Shown here: positions 10,501 through 21,000 of the stretch, piece by piece
Position numbering within the stretch: position 1 is the first letter of the stretch
How the letters are laid out: the number at the start of each line of letters is the position of its first letter
Assembly: GCA_965220395.1 (NCBI GenBank)
Contig: CBDCPT010000004.1
Location: forward strand, 71,433 to 135,432
From: Arenicellales bacterium
GTDB taxonomy: Bacteria; Pseudomonadota; Gammaproteobacteria; Arenicellales; JAJDZL01
Reading direction: 5' to 3'
DNA length: 64,000 nucleotides
Made by a program: the position numbers and the translations under genes
The notes under the pieces: model-generated
Database searches by the model: none
The model's input: the letters and a program-made list of their open reading frames with translations, nothing else
What the model was told of the DNA's origin: nothing

Positions 10501-13500
10501 CGACTTTCAAATTTTGCAGCGCTCAAGATCAACTCAACCGAAATCCACCATCTACTGCCACGGATCGCTTCAGTCTTGCAATAGTCCACAACCGAGATCA
10601 AACCTCAGTGACTTGAAGAAACGCTTTGTGAATTCTGTTGATCCAATTCGGCTGCGGGAGGAATTGAACGAATTGGGTCTTGAAGGCGACTGGTGTACAT
10701 GGAAGATCAGAAATTTGAAAGTCATTGACAACAAAGAAGTTCTCGCTCGAATTGAATCTCCGGAAAAGCCAAGTGAACTGCATTTGCACTATCAGTTGGA
10801 TCCTTCACTGTTGGATTTGTGCTTTCGAACCGCCTCAACAATAACTGGGGGAAATCGCGTTTATCTGCCTCAAGAGATCGAACGTCTCGAATACTGGACG
10901 GATCATTCGCGGGCAGTTTGGTGTTACGTTCAAGTGAAGTCAGTGATAAAAGATACATTAGAACTCGATCTCGAAATTTCCAGTGAAAACGGGCATGTCA
11001 TTGCCAGAATCTCACGCTTTGCGCTTCGTCAATTTGACGTCAAAAAACCTTCGTTACGAGATAGTTCCGTACCGATTCATGCATTTCGACCAGAGTGGGC
11101 ACTATATCAATCGAATTCTCAAGGTGCCGACTGGTTTGACAGCAAAATCGACAAGTATCACCAAAATCTCCAAACCTACATGCTTCGACTGTCCGAATCC
11201 TGTCAAAGACAAAACTACTATGAAAATGTATCCCATGGGCTTACCGAGATAACGCTCAACTACATCGGACAGGCTTTCAATCTCGCTGGCTTTCCAGTCA
11301 GAGGCAGGCAGATTTCCCTACTTACGTTGAAACTCAATCTAGGTATCCACGACCAGCAGATTTCTTTGTTCCATTCACTGCTTGCATTGTTAGAAAAGAA
11401 TCAGACAATTCGTCTGAAATACGACAACAGACAAGAAGGCCATTCTAAATATGTAGACAGCGTAGAAATCGACGTAGTGCAAAATCTCCCATCAAATCCC
11501 GACCTGGCAGTTTCCAAATTTCTTGAATCTCCCGATGCGGCAGAGTATGTATCTGAATTATTGTTGATTGACCGTTGTGGAAACTGCTTGAACTCCGTAT
11601 TGACCGGAAAGCAAACCGGTTTGGATGCGTTGTTCCCAGAAGGGTCAATAGCGGATTTGCAGAATTTGTACCAGACTTCACCGACGTGTCGAATTTATAA
11701 CGAAGTGATTCGAGAATCTATTGAAAAGCTGCTGCAAAATTGGCCGTTTGCCAGAAAGTGCCGAATTCTCGAAGTTGGTGGCGGAACTGGCGCGTTACTG
11801 TTTCACCTTGCTCCGGTTCTGCAAGAACACCCTGTTGAGTATGCCTTCACTGACATCTCCAGCAGCTTCATCAGACGTGCACGGACTCGATTCGAGAAAT
11901 ATGAATTCATTCGATTTGGCGAACTTGATATTGACGCTGACCCCCTAGCGCAGGGATACGAAATTCATCACTACGATGTCATTCTTGCTAGTGACACCTT
12001 ACATCTGGCACACGACAGTGAGCAAGCACTGGAAAGGCTTCGAAATTTGCTGGCTCCAGGAGGGTTCTTTCATTTCATTGAACTCACTGATGAACCTGAC
12101 TGGGCTCGGCTCGTTTTTGGAATGCTTCACGGTTGGTGGCATAACACTGATACCAATCGACTGCACAATAGCCCCTGCAAGTCACACCGCCAATGGCTGG
12201 AGTTGTTAAATCGACTTGAATGGAAGTCGATTTTTACGATTCGCGACAGAACAGACGACAAAGACCCTCTGCACTCGATATTCCTTGCACAGAACGCTGA
12301 AACAAATCGAGGGGAGACGCCCGCGGCGATTGGAGCAAATCGGAAGCGGCTTATATTTTCGGACGACAGTTCTCTTTCCAGAAAATTACTTATACATTTC
12401 CAAACCGATAGTGTATTTCGGGTAACAAGCGGCAAACGATATTCGAGAAAAAAATCGGGATTTAAAATTCGCCCAAATGCCGTAGAAGACTACTTGCAAA
12501 TTTTGAGGGCTCTGGGTCAGTCCGGACAGTTGCCAGATGAAATTATTGTTCTGTGGAACTTTAGCCCGCAAGCCGCCGCAGCCAATGAATTTGATGCGAT
12601 TTACGCCGCTACGCCTATTGCTTTGGTAGTCGCGCGCTTAGTGCAAGCGTTTGATCATGAAGCGAAAGCACTGCCTCGAATGACACTCGTTTCCGCAAAC
12701 GCTCATCAGGAAAACAAAAATTGCGGAATCTCATCATGCTTCAACGCATCAATATGGGGTGTTGGACGAACCCTAAGAAATGAATATCCGGATACACAGT
12801 GCAGACTCATTGACATCGACACAGGTAAATCGAATTCTGCAAAAGATCTGCACAATTTAATTGAGTGGAATGAAGGTATTCCGGAAGTGTCTCTGCGAGA
12901 GTCCGGTTGGTATGTTCCAATTGCCCGTAATTTGCATGTTGATCGCTTGATTCAGCCAGAGGCAAATGCGCTCAGACTCAACAACACTCAAACAGGTGGT
13001 CTGAATCAACTTGAATTCAAGCGGATTGCCTGCGCAGCACCCGAAAACACGGAAGTCATAGTTAAAATAGCGTCCTCCGCACTGAATTTTCGAGACGTCA
13101 TGATTGCGCTGGATGCTTTACCAACCAGTGCAGTTTCCAGCGGTTTCATGCAGGACTCGCTCGGAATCGAGTGCGCTGGAGAAATTGTGGAGACTGGAAA
13201 AGATGTAGTCAATTTTTCAGTTGGCGACCGAGTAGTCGCACTCGCACGAAATTCAATTTCCACTTTCGTGACAGCCGATGTAAAGTTCGTTTACCGGATA
13301 CCGGACACTCTGACACTTGAGCAGGCAGCAGGATTGCCAACTGCGTATGTAACAGCACATTTCTGCTTGAAGCAAGTAGTAAAAATTAAACCTGGAGATT
13401 CAATCCTAATCCATTCTGCATCGGGTGGTGTTGGACTCGCTCTGGTGAATTTAGCTCAGAAAGCCAAAGCAAATATCTTTGCAACTGTCGGCACTTCCGC

Positions 13501-15019
13501 CAAAGCAAAATTTTTGAATTTGACAGGCATACGACAGATTTCAGATTCTCGTTCTGCATCATTTGTAGAGGACATACTTGAATGGACTCAAGGCAAAGGT
13601 GTTGATGTAATTGTCAATACACTCGGGCGAGAATTGGCGATGGCGAATCGCGAGATTCTTAAGCCTGATGGCACGTTCATCGAGCTCGGCAAGTATGAAA
13701 ATCGGGAGAACCTTCACGAATCAATTCTGGACCTCCATCCAGCAGCCAAAATCGAAATCGTAGACATAGACAGAATGTGGAATAACGATCCAGATTCTCT
13801 TGCGAGCTATGTCAACGATACGATGAAATCCTTTGAACAGGACCGATTGCCGGTATTGGCATATAGAGTGTTTCCCGCACAAAACACGGTAGATGCATTC
13901 AGACATTTAGCCTCCGCTCAACATATCGGTAAAGTTGTGGTGTCAATGAGTCAACTGCATCGGGACAATTTTCGAAAGCATCCTAAAACACGCATTTCGC
14001 CCAATGCAACTTATGTCATCACAGGTGGCAGTCGCGGATTCGGATTTGCTACTGCACTGTGGCTCAGCGAAAACGGTGCTAAGAGTCTTGTGCTCATCTC
14101 TCGAGCCCCCGAATCCACTGACACACTACAACAATATAGACACAAATTTGAGGAATCTGGAACCACAATTGAAGTTGTAAAAGCTGATATTACTCGACTT
14201 GATCAGTTGCGGGAAAATCTGGCCAAACTTGATGGCAGAATGCCGCCGATTCGTGGAGTTTTCCACTGCGCCATGGAAATCGACGATCATGTGCTGGCAA
14301 ATTTGACTGCAGATGGTTATGTCAAATCTACGCATGCAAAAATTCTAGGTGCATGGAATCTACATCAAGTCACCAGAGATTTGAAACTGGAATTCTTTGC
14401 TCTTTACTCTTCAGTAACTTCCATTGTCGGTCCGTCTGGACAGGCTGGCTACTCAGCCGCCAATGCTTTCTTGGATTCGTTCGCAGATTATCTGAGGGAT
14501 AGAGGAATTCCAGCAACCTCAGTGAACTGGGGAGCAGTATCAGACTACGGATTTGTCGCTGACAATTCTCAAAGATCAGTAGAAACAGTAGACAAATTTG
14601 GAGTATTCCCTCTACCAGCTCAAAGGATGCTCTCTTTGCTCAATGGAGCACTAGGCTCGGAATCCGACAATAGAATTGTCATTGCAGGAGGAACATGGGC
14701 GCAGGAAGTTGCCCAGACTCGAAAGTTCGGCTGTTGTACGATCAGTTCAGCGAAGTTATCCGAAAATGGGCAGGAAAGGTCGGAAAATATAGATTCAAAT
14801 AATACAGATGTCCAACAGAAAGTGCTTTCTTGTGTGTCACGGGTGCTGGGCATCCCCAGAGATGCGGTTGATCTACACGAATCGATTGTGAACCTTGGAA
14901 TCGACAGTCTGCTGGCTGTAGAACTGTCTCATCTACTAAGAGTGGAAAGCGACATCCGGATCAGTGCCACATCTTTGCTGCAACCCATATCCATTCATGA
15001 AATTGCCAGTCTTAGGTGA
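7526..15019 (+). CDS. Single-module, fully reducing type I polyketide synthase: KS-AT-DH-cMT-(structural KR)-ER-KR-ACP, with no TE/R/C release domain
   Basis: - KS (aa ~14-435): active-site TACSSS with Cys183, plus EAHGTGT and NIGHTE histidines.
- AT (aa ~533-830): GHSVGE with Ser625 and VPFHS.
- DH (aa ~895-1175): HRIRGELVFP.
- C-methyltransferase (aa ~1385-1575): ILEVGGGTG.
- ER (aa ~1825-2140): LIHSASGGVGLA.
- KR (aa ~2160-2345): YVITGGSRGFG and YSAANAF.
- ACP: LGIDSL with Ser2461 at nt 14906-14908.
- The protein stops 36 aa after the ACP serine. Confidence 0.95.
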   Translation: MLRFGKMKEHYCSPIAIVGMSCRFPGKADNPSTFWQNIKNKVDCITPIPPERWDSRILTDIDKKFGAQFAKVGGFIDDIDQFDTAFFGISPREASEIDPQQRILLELAWRCMENAAISPDCLSRLQTGVYVGVINHDYERLILFDRQQISQYSALGRSTSIAANRISYCFNLQGPSLTIDTACSSSLTAVDSACKALRSGDVDVALAGGANAIVLPESYIEFSQASMLSKAGMCQAFDENADGFVRAEGGGLVMLKRLSDALVDGDRIYATIVASSVNQDGRTIGLMAPNSEAQVRMMHNSLQQCGLDSSDIGYLEAHGTGTQAGDTVEATSLGEVYGQPGKDHGCPVGSVKTNIGHTEAAAGIAGLIKATLAVYHGRIPPNLHFANPNPKIDFTALGIRVPNEFQEWYETAGKPRCAAINSFGFGGTNAHVIIQQAPTKLDRKQPLSKKVFLLPLTASTSQNLNQLRNSLTTPELNNCPDVRSLCHTAARRPHKKFRCSIPIAAEIDGKSTSSLSVLETETNIKTIESAAKVAFVFNGMGANWKSAGLEFYATEPVFATTIDLCGAIFQKEFGLPNIRSYFLHENPNPQDSLEKIHALYFAIQIATHELWKSWGVIPDAVFGHSVGEIAAACAAGHVDIVDASRIVCERARTLQKCSGRGLMLAAALSPVEANRIAESMPNELFVAAINSQTSVTFSGTEQSIRLIYKQLENQGRFCRLLEISVPFHSPLIDDCQTEITSNIRAVRSKRNQIRWFSSVHGTEIVNDTIKPSYWWENFREPVRFSECMQACIHAGIHCFVEIGPHPNLSYNIQECLQSEGVIAPSLHSLQRNGQDRATMISTAGKLFSLGIKLDWEKINPKAQICDFPIAEFNRKRHWKRTAMVLEEQRVRQIKRFPLLQSSDSIGLGSWDLALNVNELVWLKNHRIRGELVFPAAGYVEAALEAASSWLDQPSLELTSIQFDQILQLQDEGETAQAQLKLNIADSTNENSFDFQILQRSRSTQPKSTIYCHGSLQSCNSPQPRSNLSDLKKRFVNSVDPIRLREELNELGLEGDWCTWKIRNLKVIDNKEVLARIESPEKPSELHLHYQLDPSLLDLCFRTASTITGGNRVYLPQEIERLEYWTDHSRAVWCYVQVKSVIKDTLELDLEISSENGHVIARISRFALRQFDVKKPSLRDSSVPIHAFRPEWALYQSNSQGADWFDSKIDKYHQNLQTYMLRLSESCQRQNYYENVSHGLTEITLNYIGQAFNLAGFPVRGRQISLLTLKLNLGIHDQQISLFHSLLALLEKNQTIRLKYDNRQEGHSKYVDSVEIDVVQNLPSNPDLAVSKFLESPDAAEYVSELLLIDRCGNCLNSVLTGKQTGLDALFPEGSIADLQNLYQTSPTCRIYNEVIRESIEKLLQNWPFARKCRILEVGGGTGALLFHLAPVLQEHPVEYAFTDISSSFIRRARTRFEKYEFIRFGELDIDADPLAQGYEIHHYDVILASDTLHLAHDSEQALERLRNLLAPGGFFHFIELTDEPDWARLVFGMLHGWWHNTDTNRLHNSPCKSHRQWLELLNRLEWKSIFTIRDRTDDKDPLHSIFLAQNAETNRGETPAAIGANRKRLIFSDDSSLSRKLLIHFQTDSVFRVTSGKRYSRKKSGFKIRPNAVEDYLQILRALGQSGQLPDEIIVLWNFSPQAAAANEFDAIYAATPIALVVARLVQAFDHEAKALPRMTLVSANAHQENKNCGISSCFNASIWGVGRTLRNEYPDTQCRLIDIDTGKSNSAKDLHNLIEWNEGIPEVSLRESGWYVPIARNLHVDRLIQPEANALRLNNTQTGGLNQLEFKRIACAAPENTEVIVKIASSALNFRDVMIALDALPTSAVSSGFMQDSLGIECAGEIVETGKDVVNFSVGDRVVALARNSISTFVTADVKFVYRIPDTLTLEQAAGLPTAYVTAHFCLKQVVKIKPGDSILIHSASGGVGLALVNLAQKAKANIFATVGTSAKAKFLNLTGIRQISDSRSASFVEDILEWTQGKGVDVIVNTLGRELAMANREILKPDGTFIELGKYENRENLHESILDLHPAAKIEIVDIDRMWNNDPDSLASYVNDTMKSFEQDRLPVLAYRVFPAQNTVDAFRHLASAQHIGKVVVSMSQLHRDNFRKHPKTRISPNATYVITGGSRGFGFATALWLSENGAKSLVLISRAPESTDTLQQYRHKFEESGTTIEVVKADITRLDQLRENLAKLDGRMPPIRGVFHCAMEIDDHVLANLTADGYVKSTHAKILGAWNLHQVTRDLKLEFFALYSSVTSIVGPSGQAGYSAANAFLDSFADYLRDRGIPATSVNWGAVSDYGFVADNSQRSVETVDKFGVFPLPAQRMLSLLNGALGSESDNRIVIAGGTWAQEVAQTRKFGCCTISSAKLSENGQERSENIDSNNTDVQQKVLSCVSRVLGIPRDAVDLHESIVNLGIDSLLAVELSHLLRVESDIRISATSLLQPISIHEIASLR

Positions 15020-15023
15020 CTGT

Positions 15024-16100
15024 TCAATTCCAGATGTCTACATCGATTCCCTGCCCAATGAGATGGTCTGCACGGGCCGAAATGTATCGCTGAAAACTCG
15101 GCTCAGTCTGATAAGACTCGCTGTGAACATAATCGAATAGCGACTGTGTGTGAAATATCTTGAACCAGGCTTCGGAACGTATGACTTCTTCGCCGTTACG
15201 ATTAAACAGAATAATCGTAGGTGCATAACTTACTCCCAAACTGGAAGCCCAATCCCGTGCGGTCGTCTCTTCTCCTGATGTTGAAATCAGTGGTGTATCT
15301 GACCACATATCCAGCTGAACCACTTCGTACTCGGCAAGAAGCTTTCTAGTTTCCTCATCAATCAGAACTTTTCTATGCAGAGTGTCGCAGTTCGGACACT
15401 GCTTCTGTTCAAAAAATACTGCAAGAGGACGATTGGCCTGGCTTGCAGATCGATCAAGAATAAAAGGTAGAGATTGGAAAAAAGGTTCGAAGATCAATTC
15501 CTTGGCGCCACTGTCACCTCTTGGCTGGCTGCGAACAAAATCGCGATAGGATACTGTAGACTCGTGTCGCTCGCCAACATAACGAATAGCAGTCAAAAAT
15601 TCATTCGGCGACAGGTAACCATTTAATGTCAATATTGGTTTGCCGCGCTCATTGAAAAATATTAGAGTCGGGGTAAACTGGACTTTCAGCGCAGACGCCA
15701 ATTCCTTTTCCGTATAAGCTTCACCTCCGACAGTCACAACCTGGCGATCACCCCACATGTTGAGAGCAATTACGCTGAAATTCGACTGCATGAAATCAAC
15801 AATATTTTTTTGGCTCAGATTTCGCTCTACCAGCAGATTGCAGTAGGGACAACCGTCTTGGTGAAACAGTAGCATCACGCGTTTACCCTGCTCTGCAGCT
15901 TCGGCAATGTCGTCTGCGAACTCAAGGAAACTCTCCTTAAACCATGCAGGATATTCTGTAGGTTTGGCGCCTGAAAAAGTGCCAAGGTTAGTTTCACTTG
16001 CACTGGAAACGGTTTCGCTCTGCTGAGCCATTGCATTATGCAAAGGTATGCTCAATGCAATAATCAATCCCGTCAAAAATGTTCTGAAAATTCGAGTCAT
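15024..16100 (-). CDS. Periplasmic protein with two tandem thioredoxin-fold domains
   Basis: 358 aa with a signal peptide and two CxxC sites in similar contexts (LLFHQDGCPYCNLL and VFFEQKQCPNCDTL). Confidence 0.65.
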   Translation of the reverse strand: MTRIFRTFLTGLIIALSIPLHNAMAQQSETVSSASETNLGTFSGAKPTEYPAWFKESFLEFADDIAEAAEQGKRVMLLFHQDGCPYCNLLVERNLSQKNIVDFMQSNFSVIALNMWGDRQVVTVGGEAYTEKELASALKVQFTPTLIFFNERGKPILTLNGYLSPNEFLTAIRYVGERHESTVSYRDFVRSQPRGDSGAKELIFEPFFQSLPFILDRSASQANRPLAVFFEQKQCPNCDTLHRKVLIDEETRKLLAEYEVVQLDMWSDTPLISTSGEETTARDWASSLGVSYAPTIILFNRNGEEVIRSEAWFKIFHTQSLFDYVHSESYQTEPSFQRYISARADHLIGQGIDVDIWN

Positions 16101-16589
16101 AAAATATCAGACAGTTTCTTCACTGTATTTGTTCAGGGTTCTGTGAAATATTCACCCAATAGCGAGTATATGATTCCACTTGCCTGGTGTCAGGTTGTGA
16201 ATATCATCATGGCTCGGGGATCATGCTAGGATCCCCCTTTGCAGAAGCTGGATATAAGACCGCAACCCAAATTTCGCATCAATTTGCAGATTTCAGCTTG
16301 CAATATGAGAGGTGTGTTTCCATATTACAATCAGGCAGTCATTCAATATACCTTTTCAGAATCCGGTTGTCGAGAGCCTTTACAGGACCAAGATCTAAGA
16401 TAAATATATCTGTTTCGACAAGCGTTATATAACTCATGTTTCGGAGTGCAGATTCAGCATGCTTTTAGATGTACCTTATTGAAATAAAAAGATAAAATGT
16501 TTTTCACACATGGCATGATGGCAAAGCAAAATTTGACTCAATGGCCATAAATTCGTGTTATATTCACATAACGATAGTCATTTTCACTA

Positions 16590-17087
16590 TTGAACAAACG
16601 GAGCATTGATATGAACAACTGGTGGTACGTCAGTATCGCTGTATTATTGTTGGCTGTTGGTGGAATCATTTTTAAATTCGGAAAATGGACTGGAGAAGTT
16701 AATTCGGATAGAGATAGGTTCAATAAATTCATTAAGGAAGTTCGTGATGATATAAAGACGATTCTATCCAGAATACCTCCTTCAGTTGTTGTCGGATCAA
16801 GCCCCCTTCGATTGACAGAACTAGGGGAAAAAATATCTAAAGAAATTCATGCAAAGGAATGGGCAAAAGAGATTGCCAACGACCTGATTGAGAGTGTGAA
16901 GGACAAACAACCATACGAAATCCAAGAAACTTGTATCCAATACATTGATGATGATTTTGATCCAAACGATGACCTAAATATCAAATTAAATGCATCTGCT
17001 TATGAAAATGGTGTTCCAAAAGAACAGGTTATGAAGGTACTGGCAATAGAATTGCGGGATAGACTATTAGAGTTAACAGGTAGTTGA
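16590..17087 (+). CDS. Hypothetical membrane-anchored protein
   Basis: 165-aa ORF with one N-terminal TM helix (WWYVSIAVLLLAVGGIIF). I recognised no family. Confidence 0.4.
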   Translation: MNKRSIDMNNWWYVSIAVLLLAVGGIIFKFGKWTGEVNSDRDRFNKFIKEVRDDIKTILSRIPPSVVVGSSPLRLTELGEKISKEIHAKEWAKEIANDLIESVKDKQPYEIQETCIQYIDDDFDPNDDLNIKLNASAYENGVPKEQVMKVLAIELRDRLLELTGS

Positions 17088-17499
17088 ATGATTCGGTTTT
17101 TGTACGAACACCAATCGATAAGCGGTTTCTTAGCACCATTCCTATTTTGCAAGATTCGAGCAATCGTTACATTCTTCGCTCATGCTTGATCATATCAGAA
17201 ATAACGAGAAAGTTGACCAAGCCTCACTCAAGCATGTAGTCTGTTGCTGACTTATCAAATCTTTTTCAGGGCAACTCAGCCAACTGAATTCTGCTTCAGT
17301 TTTGTTTGCGTACAAAGCACATAGACAAAAACTGATACCTACAACGTTTCCAGCACTCGTAAATGTCTCACTCCGCTATGAACGTTGCTAAATCAGCAAC
17401 TAGATCTTCCAGCGCGATCTTCTACATCGCACAACCATTCATTCGAACAGCCAGCAATAATTTCGCGTCCTTTTGGATTGTTTGCTTTGTAGCCCAATA

Positions 17500-17810
17500 G
17501 AATCAGTTGATGAATTTCATCCAGTCGTCACCGCCCACAAGTGAACTGATCGAACAACTCGCCGCCGCAACGGACACCTGGCCGACGAACTTCGCTTCCA
17601 CGCCCGTGATACACTGCTCGTAATCGATGAGATCAGCCACCTGCTGCTACCAAAAGACAGTGCCAATTTGCCATCCAGCTCGTCAGCGCCCGCTAAGAGA
17701 AAAGCGCCATGGTCCTCACCTCTAACCGCACATTCTCCAAATGGGCCAAGGTGTTCGGCAGTTCTCAGTTTGATGATGCGCTAATCGCGCAAAGTATGCC
17801 AGGTGCGTGC
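17500..17810 (+). pseudogene. IS21-family IstB helper ATPase relic (frameshift plus in-frame stop)
   Basis: My translation gives ...DTLLVIDEISHLLLPKDSANL, then after a frame change IQLVSAR*EKSAMVLTSNRTFSKWAKVFG. This matches the IstB pattern LLIIDELGY...LFQLISARYE..S.I.TSN..F..W..VFG. A TAA sits where the Tyr codon should be. Confidence 0.55.
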
Positions 17811-18068
17811 CAGCTCTTCCGGCGGTGGCACTGTTAATGATCGGTCAAAGCATCTGAACCTGGGATCGGCGTTGAACTTTGCACACAGGTTTCTGGGAAG
17901 GGCGGTTCATGCCACGACACACATATATGGTAATTCAAGCTAGCGATTCTGTTCGTGTGACCGCTTTTCGAGTAGTGGCAATTATCGCGGATTATATAAT
18001 TGATTAATAACCAGCACTTCAGGCTTACAAATCAACAAACTATCCTTGACCGACTAGAGTGATTTGAA

Positions 18069-21000
18069 TTGGATGGATACAAGAGGGGAAATACACCAAT
18101 CATGAAAGACGGCGGACCAGACGTACAAGCCCTTCAAGGTATCATCGCGAAAGCGATTCACTCCGTAGACGAGATGAGTCGGCAAAAAACAGACGGGAAA
18201 TGGCTGGAAGATCTAGTTGCTGATTCAGCAGCGCTCATAGCGGAGTGGGACATTTACGAGTGCTGGAAGTGGAGCGAATGGCCCGAGCGAGATCGTCATC
18301 TGCCCCAAAGCAAAGGTAAGGACACCGGAATTGATGTTGTGGCTCTCCGCGGCAGCGATGGTGTCCACATCGCAATTCAGTGCAAGGCCCGTGCGCTTGA
18401 TGATGAGGGTCGGGGGAATCCTATCACCAAGCATGAGGTGGATAGTTTCGCCTCAATGTCGTCCGACGAATTTTGGGCGGAACGCTGGATTGTAACCAAC
18501 GGCGACAATCCGCTTGGTACAAACGCCATGGCAGCCGTGCCAAAAGCGAAACCTATCAAGTTAGTGAACATTGACAGCGACCTTCAGAAACAAGAACACG
18601 CTAAGGATTACAGTGCAGAAGTCTGCCCTCATTGCAGCCACCCGGACGATGGAGTCAAACAAACCAGATCCTGTATGCAGAACGAGGCAGTTTACACCAG
18701 CCTCCGAATTCTCATGGAGCATGAGAGATCAGGAAGTGGTGGCCTGCCTGTGGGCGAAGCGCGCGGCAAGATTATCCTTCCCTGCGGGACTGGCAAGACA
18801 CGCATATCCCTGCGAATTATCGAGACACTGACGGAACCGGGCGACCTGGCTGTGGTCCTTTGCCCTTCGATCGCACTGGTTGCACAAATCCGACGGGAAT
18901 TTTTGGTGAACGCGAAGGAAGGGATTCGATCTCTGGCTGTATGCTCGGACGAAACTGCCGGATACGACCGCATCGAAGAGAACAGCATGGATGATCCCAC
19001 TATAGACATGAGTAGGGTTAGTGCGTCCGAGGTAAAAGGTATGGTTACGACGGATTCGAATGAAATTGCACAGTGGATACGCGAAAGCAGGAACAGCAAA
19101 CGTATTAACGTAATTTTCGGCACTTATCAGAGTAGCCACAAGGTGGGTGAAGCTCTGCTCACGACCAGCATATTAGCACAAGTTTTGGTTGCAGACGAAG
19201 CTCATCGAACTGCGGGTCTGCGGCGAATTAAAAAATTTGAGGAGCGTCTCCGTGACTTCACGGTGTGCCACGACAACGAACGCTTTCCTGTCCGATACCG
19301 CGTGTACCAGACCGCCACTCCCCGAGTCTATGATACTGGGGGACAGCGGCCAAGAAATGACAGATGGGTGGTACGGAACATGGACGATGAGGCGGTGTTT
19401 GGTGTAGAACTCTATCGAAAGAGCTACATGGAAGCAGTGACCAACGGCTGGTTGACGGACTATCGGATCATTGCCTTGGGAGTCAATGACCAGGAGGCAT
19501 ACAAGGCTGCCAACAAATTAGCTCAGAATTCCACCGGAAATAATGCGCTTAGCACAACGCACTTCCTCAGGGGACTCACACTAGCTCTGGTATTAGGCGG
19601 TGCGACAAGGTCGGACGACGGTGAAGGTGCCGTAGTCAAGTCATGTATCGCATTCATGAACACTGTCAATAAGTCGAAGTCGATGGCACAGCAACTTCAG
19701 TCGGAGCATGTGCGTAACTGGGTGCGGGAGTGGTTACGGGAAAACCGTGACGGTCGCGAGACCGCCCTTTACACGCTGGAACATTTGGACGCTTCGAGCA
19801 ATGTTACCGCCCGTGAGAACGCGAAGAGCCGCTTAGCGAAGGCTAGTGTAGACGATCCACATGGCATCCTCAATGTGGGTATCTTCGGGGAGGGGACTGA
19901 TGCACCTTCGCTAAGTGCAGTAGCCTTCCTTGAGGCACGGAAGAGCCCAATTGATGTGATTCAGGCCGTTGGGCGGGCCATGCGACTTTCGGATGGCAAG
20001 TCTATGGGCTACATCATCTGCCCCATCATAATTCCACCGTTTGTTGATGCAGAGCGATGGCTGAAGTCAAGTGGACCAAATGACGGGTGGCAGGAACTGG
20101 GACAAATTCTGTTGGCACTCCGCGCCCATGACAGCCGTATTGAGGACAATCTCTCGGACCTACTTCAACTATATCTTCCACCTGAGCCAGAGACCGAATC
20201 GACTATGGTGGCTATTGCCGGAAAGAACGGTCGGATATCGTACCACGGGCATCATGGCATACCCGGACAGGCGCAATCGGATATTGAAGATGTTCTCAAT
20301 GAGAAGTCTCGTGTATCTGACGTGTTCGTTCCGCTAGATAGGCTCGAAACGGACACGAACCGTCGGGATAAACCCAGCGAAGAAAGTCTGTTCGGGAAGG
20401 AACAAACATCTACGACAGCGACAGCAGTCGGAAGTTGTCTGCCTGCACCCGGAGCAGTTGTCACTGGCAAGGTAAACGAGGATAGAAGCGTCGAACTGCG
20501 TATAAACGGATTGGAGCGCGACAAATCGAAGCCGGACGGGACACCGGGACCGATCAATTTGGTTAAGTCGAAGAGGATGGCACGGAGAATGATCAACGAA
20601 GGGCAAGGCAGCCCCTTGCCACCGAAAAAGCCCAAACGGAGGCGAACAGCGCAAGAAGTGACAGAAGATAATGCCATGCGAATGCTCAATCTCAGCGGTA
20701 TGGACGATCATGGACGCGCCATCGTCGCGAATCTACTCTCGAAATCTGGACTAAGGCGTAACCGTGTCACCAGAGATCTGAACATCCTTGAAGGAAGCGT
20801 GACCGAAGCGTCCCGACACCTGCGCGAGGAAACACTTGACGGAGTGCTAGACAAACACTTTGGCCTTGACAACCTGGACAAGAAAAAGCGGGAAGCGCAG
20901 GCCGACGGATGCACTATCGGTGCGCTTCTAATGATGAATGCGGCAATGCTTCACCAGCGTATCGCCAGCGGGCAGTGGCTGCTCGGCACAACTGGACTAG

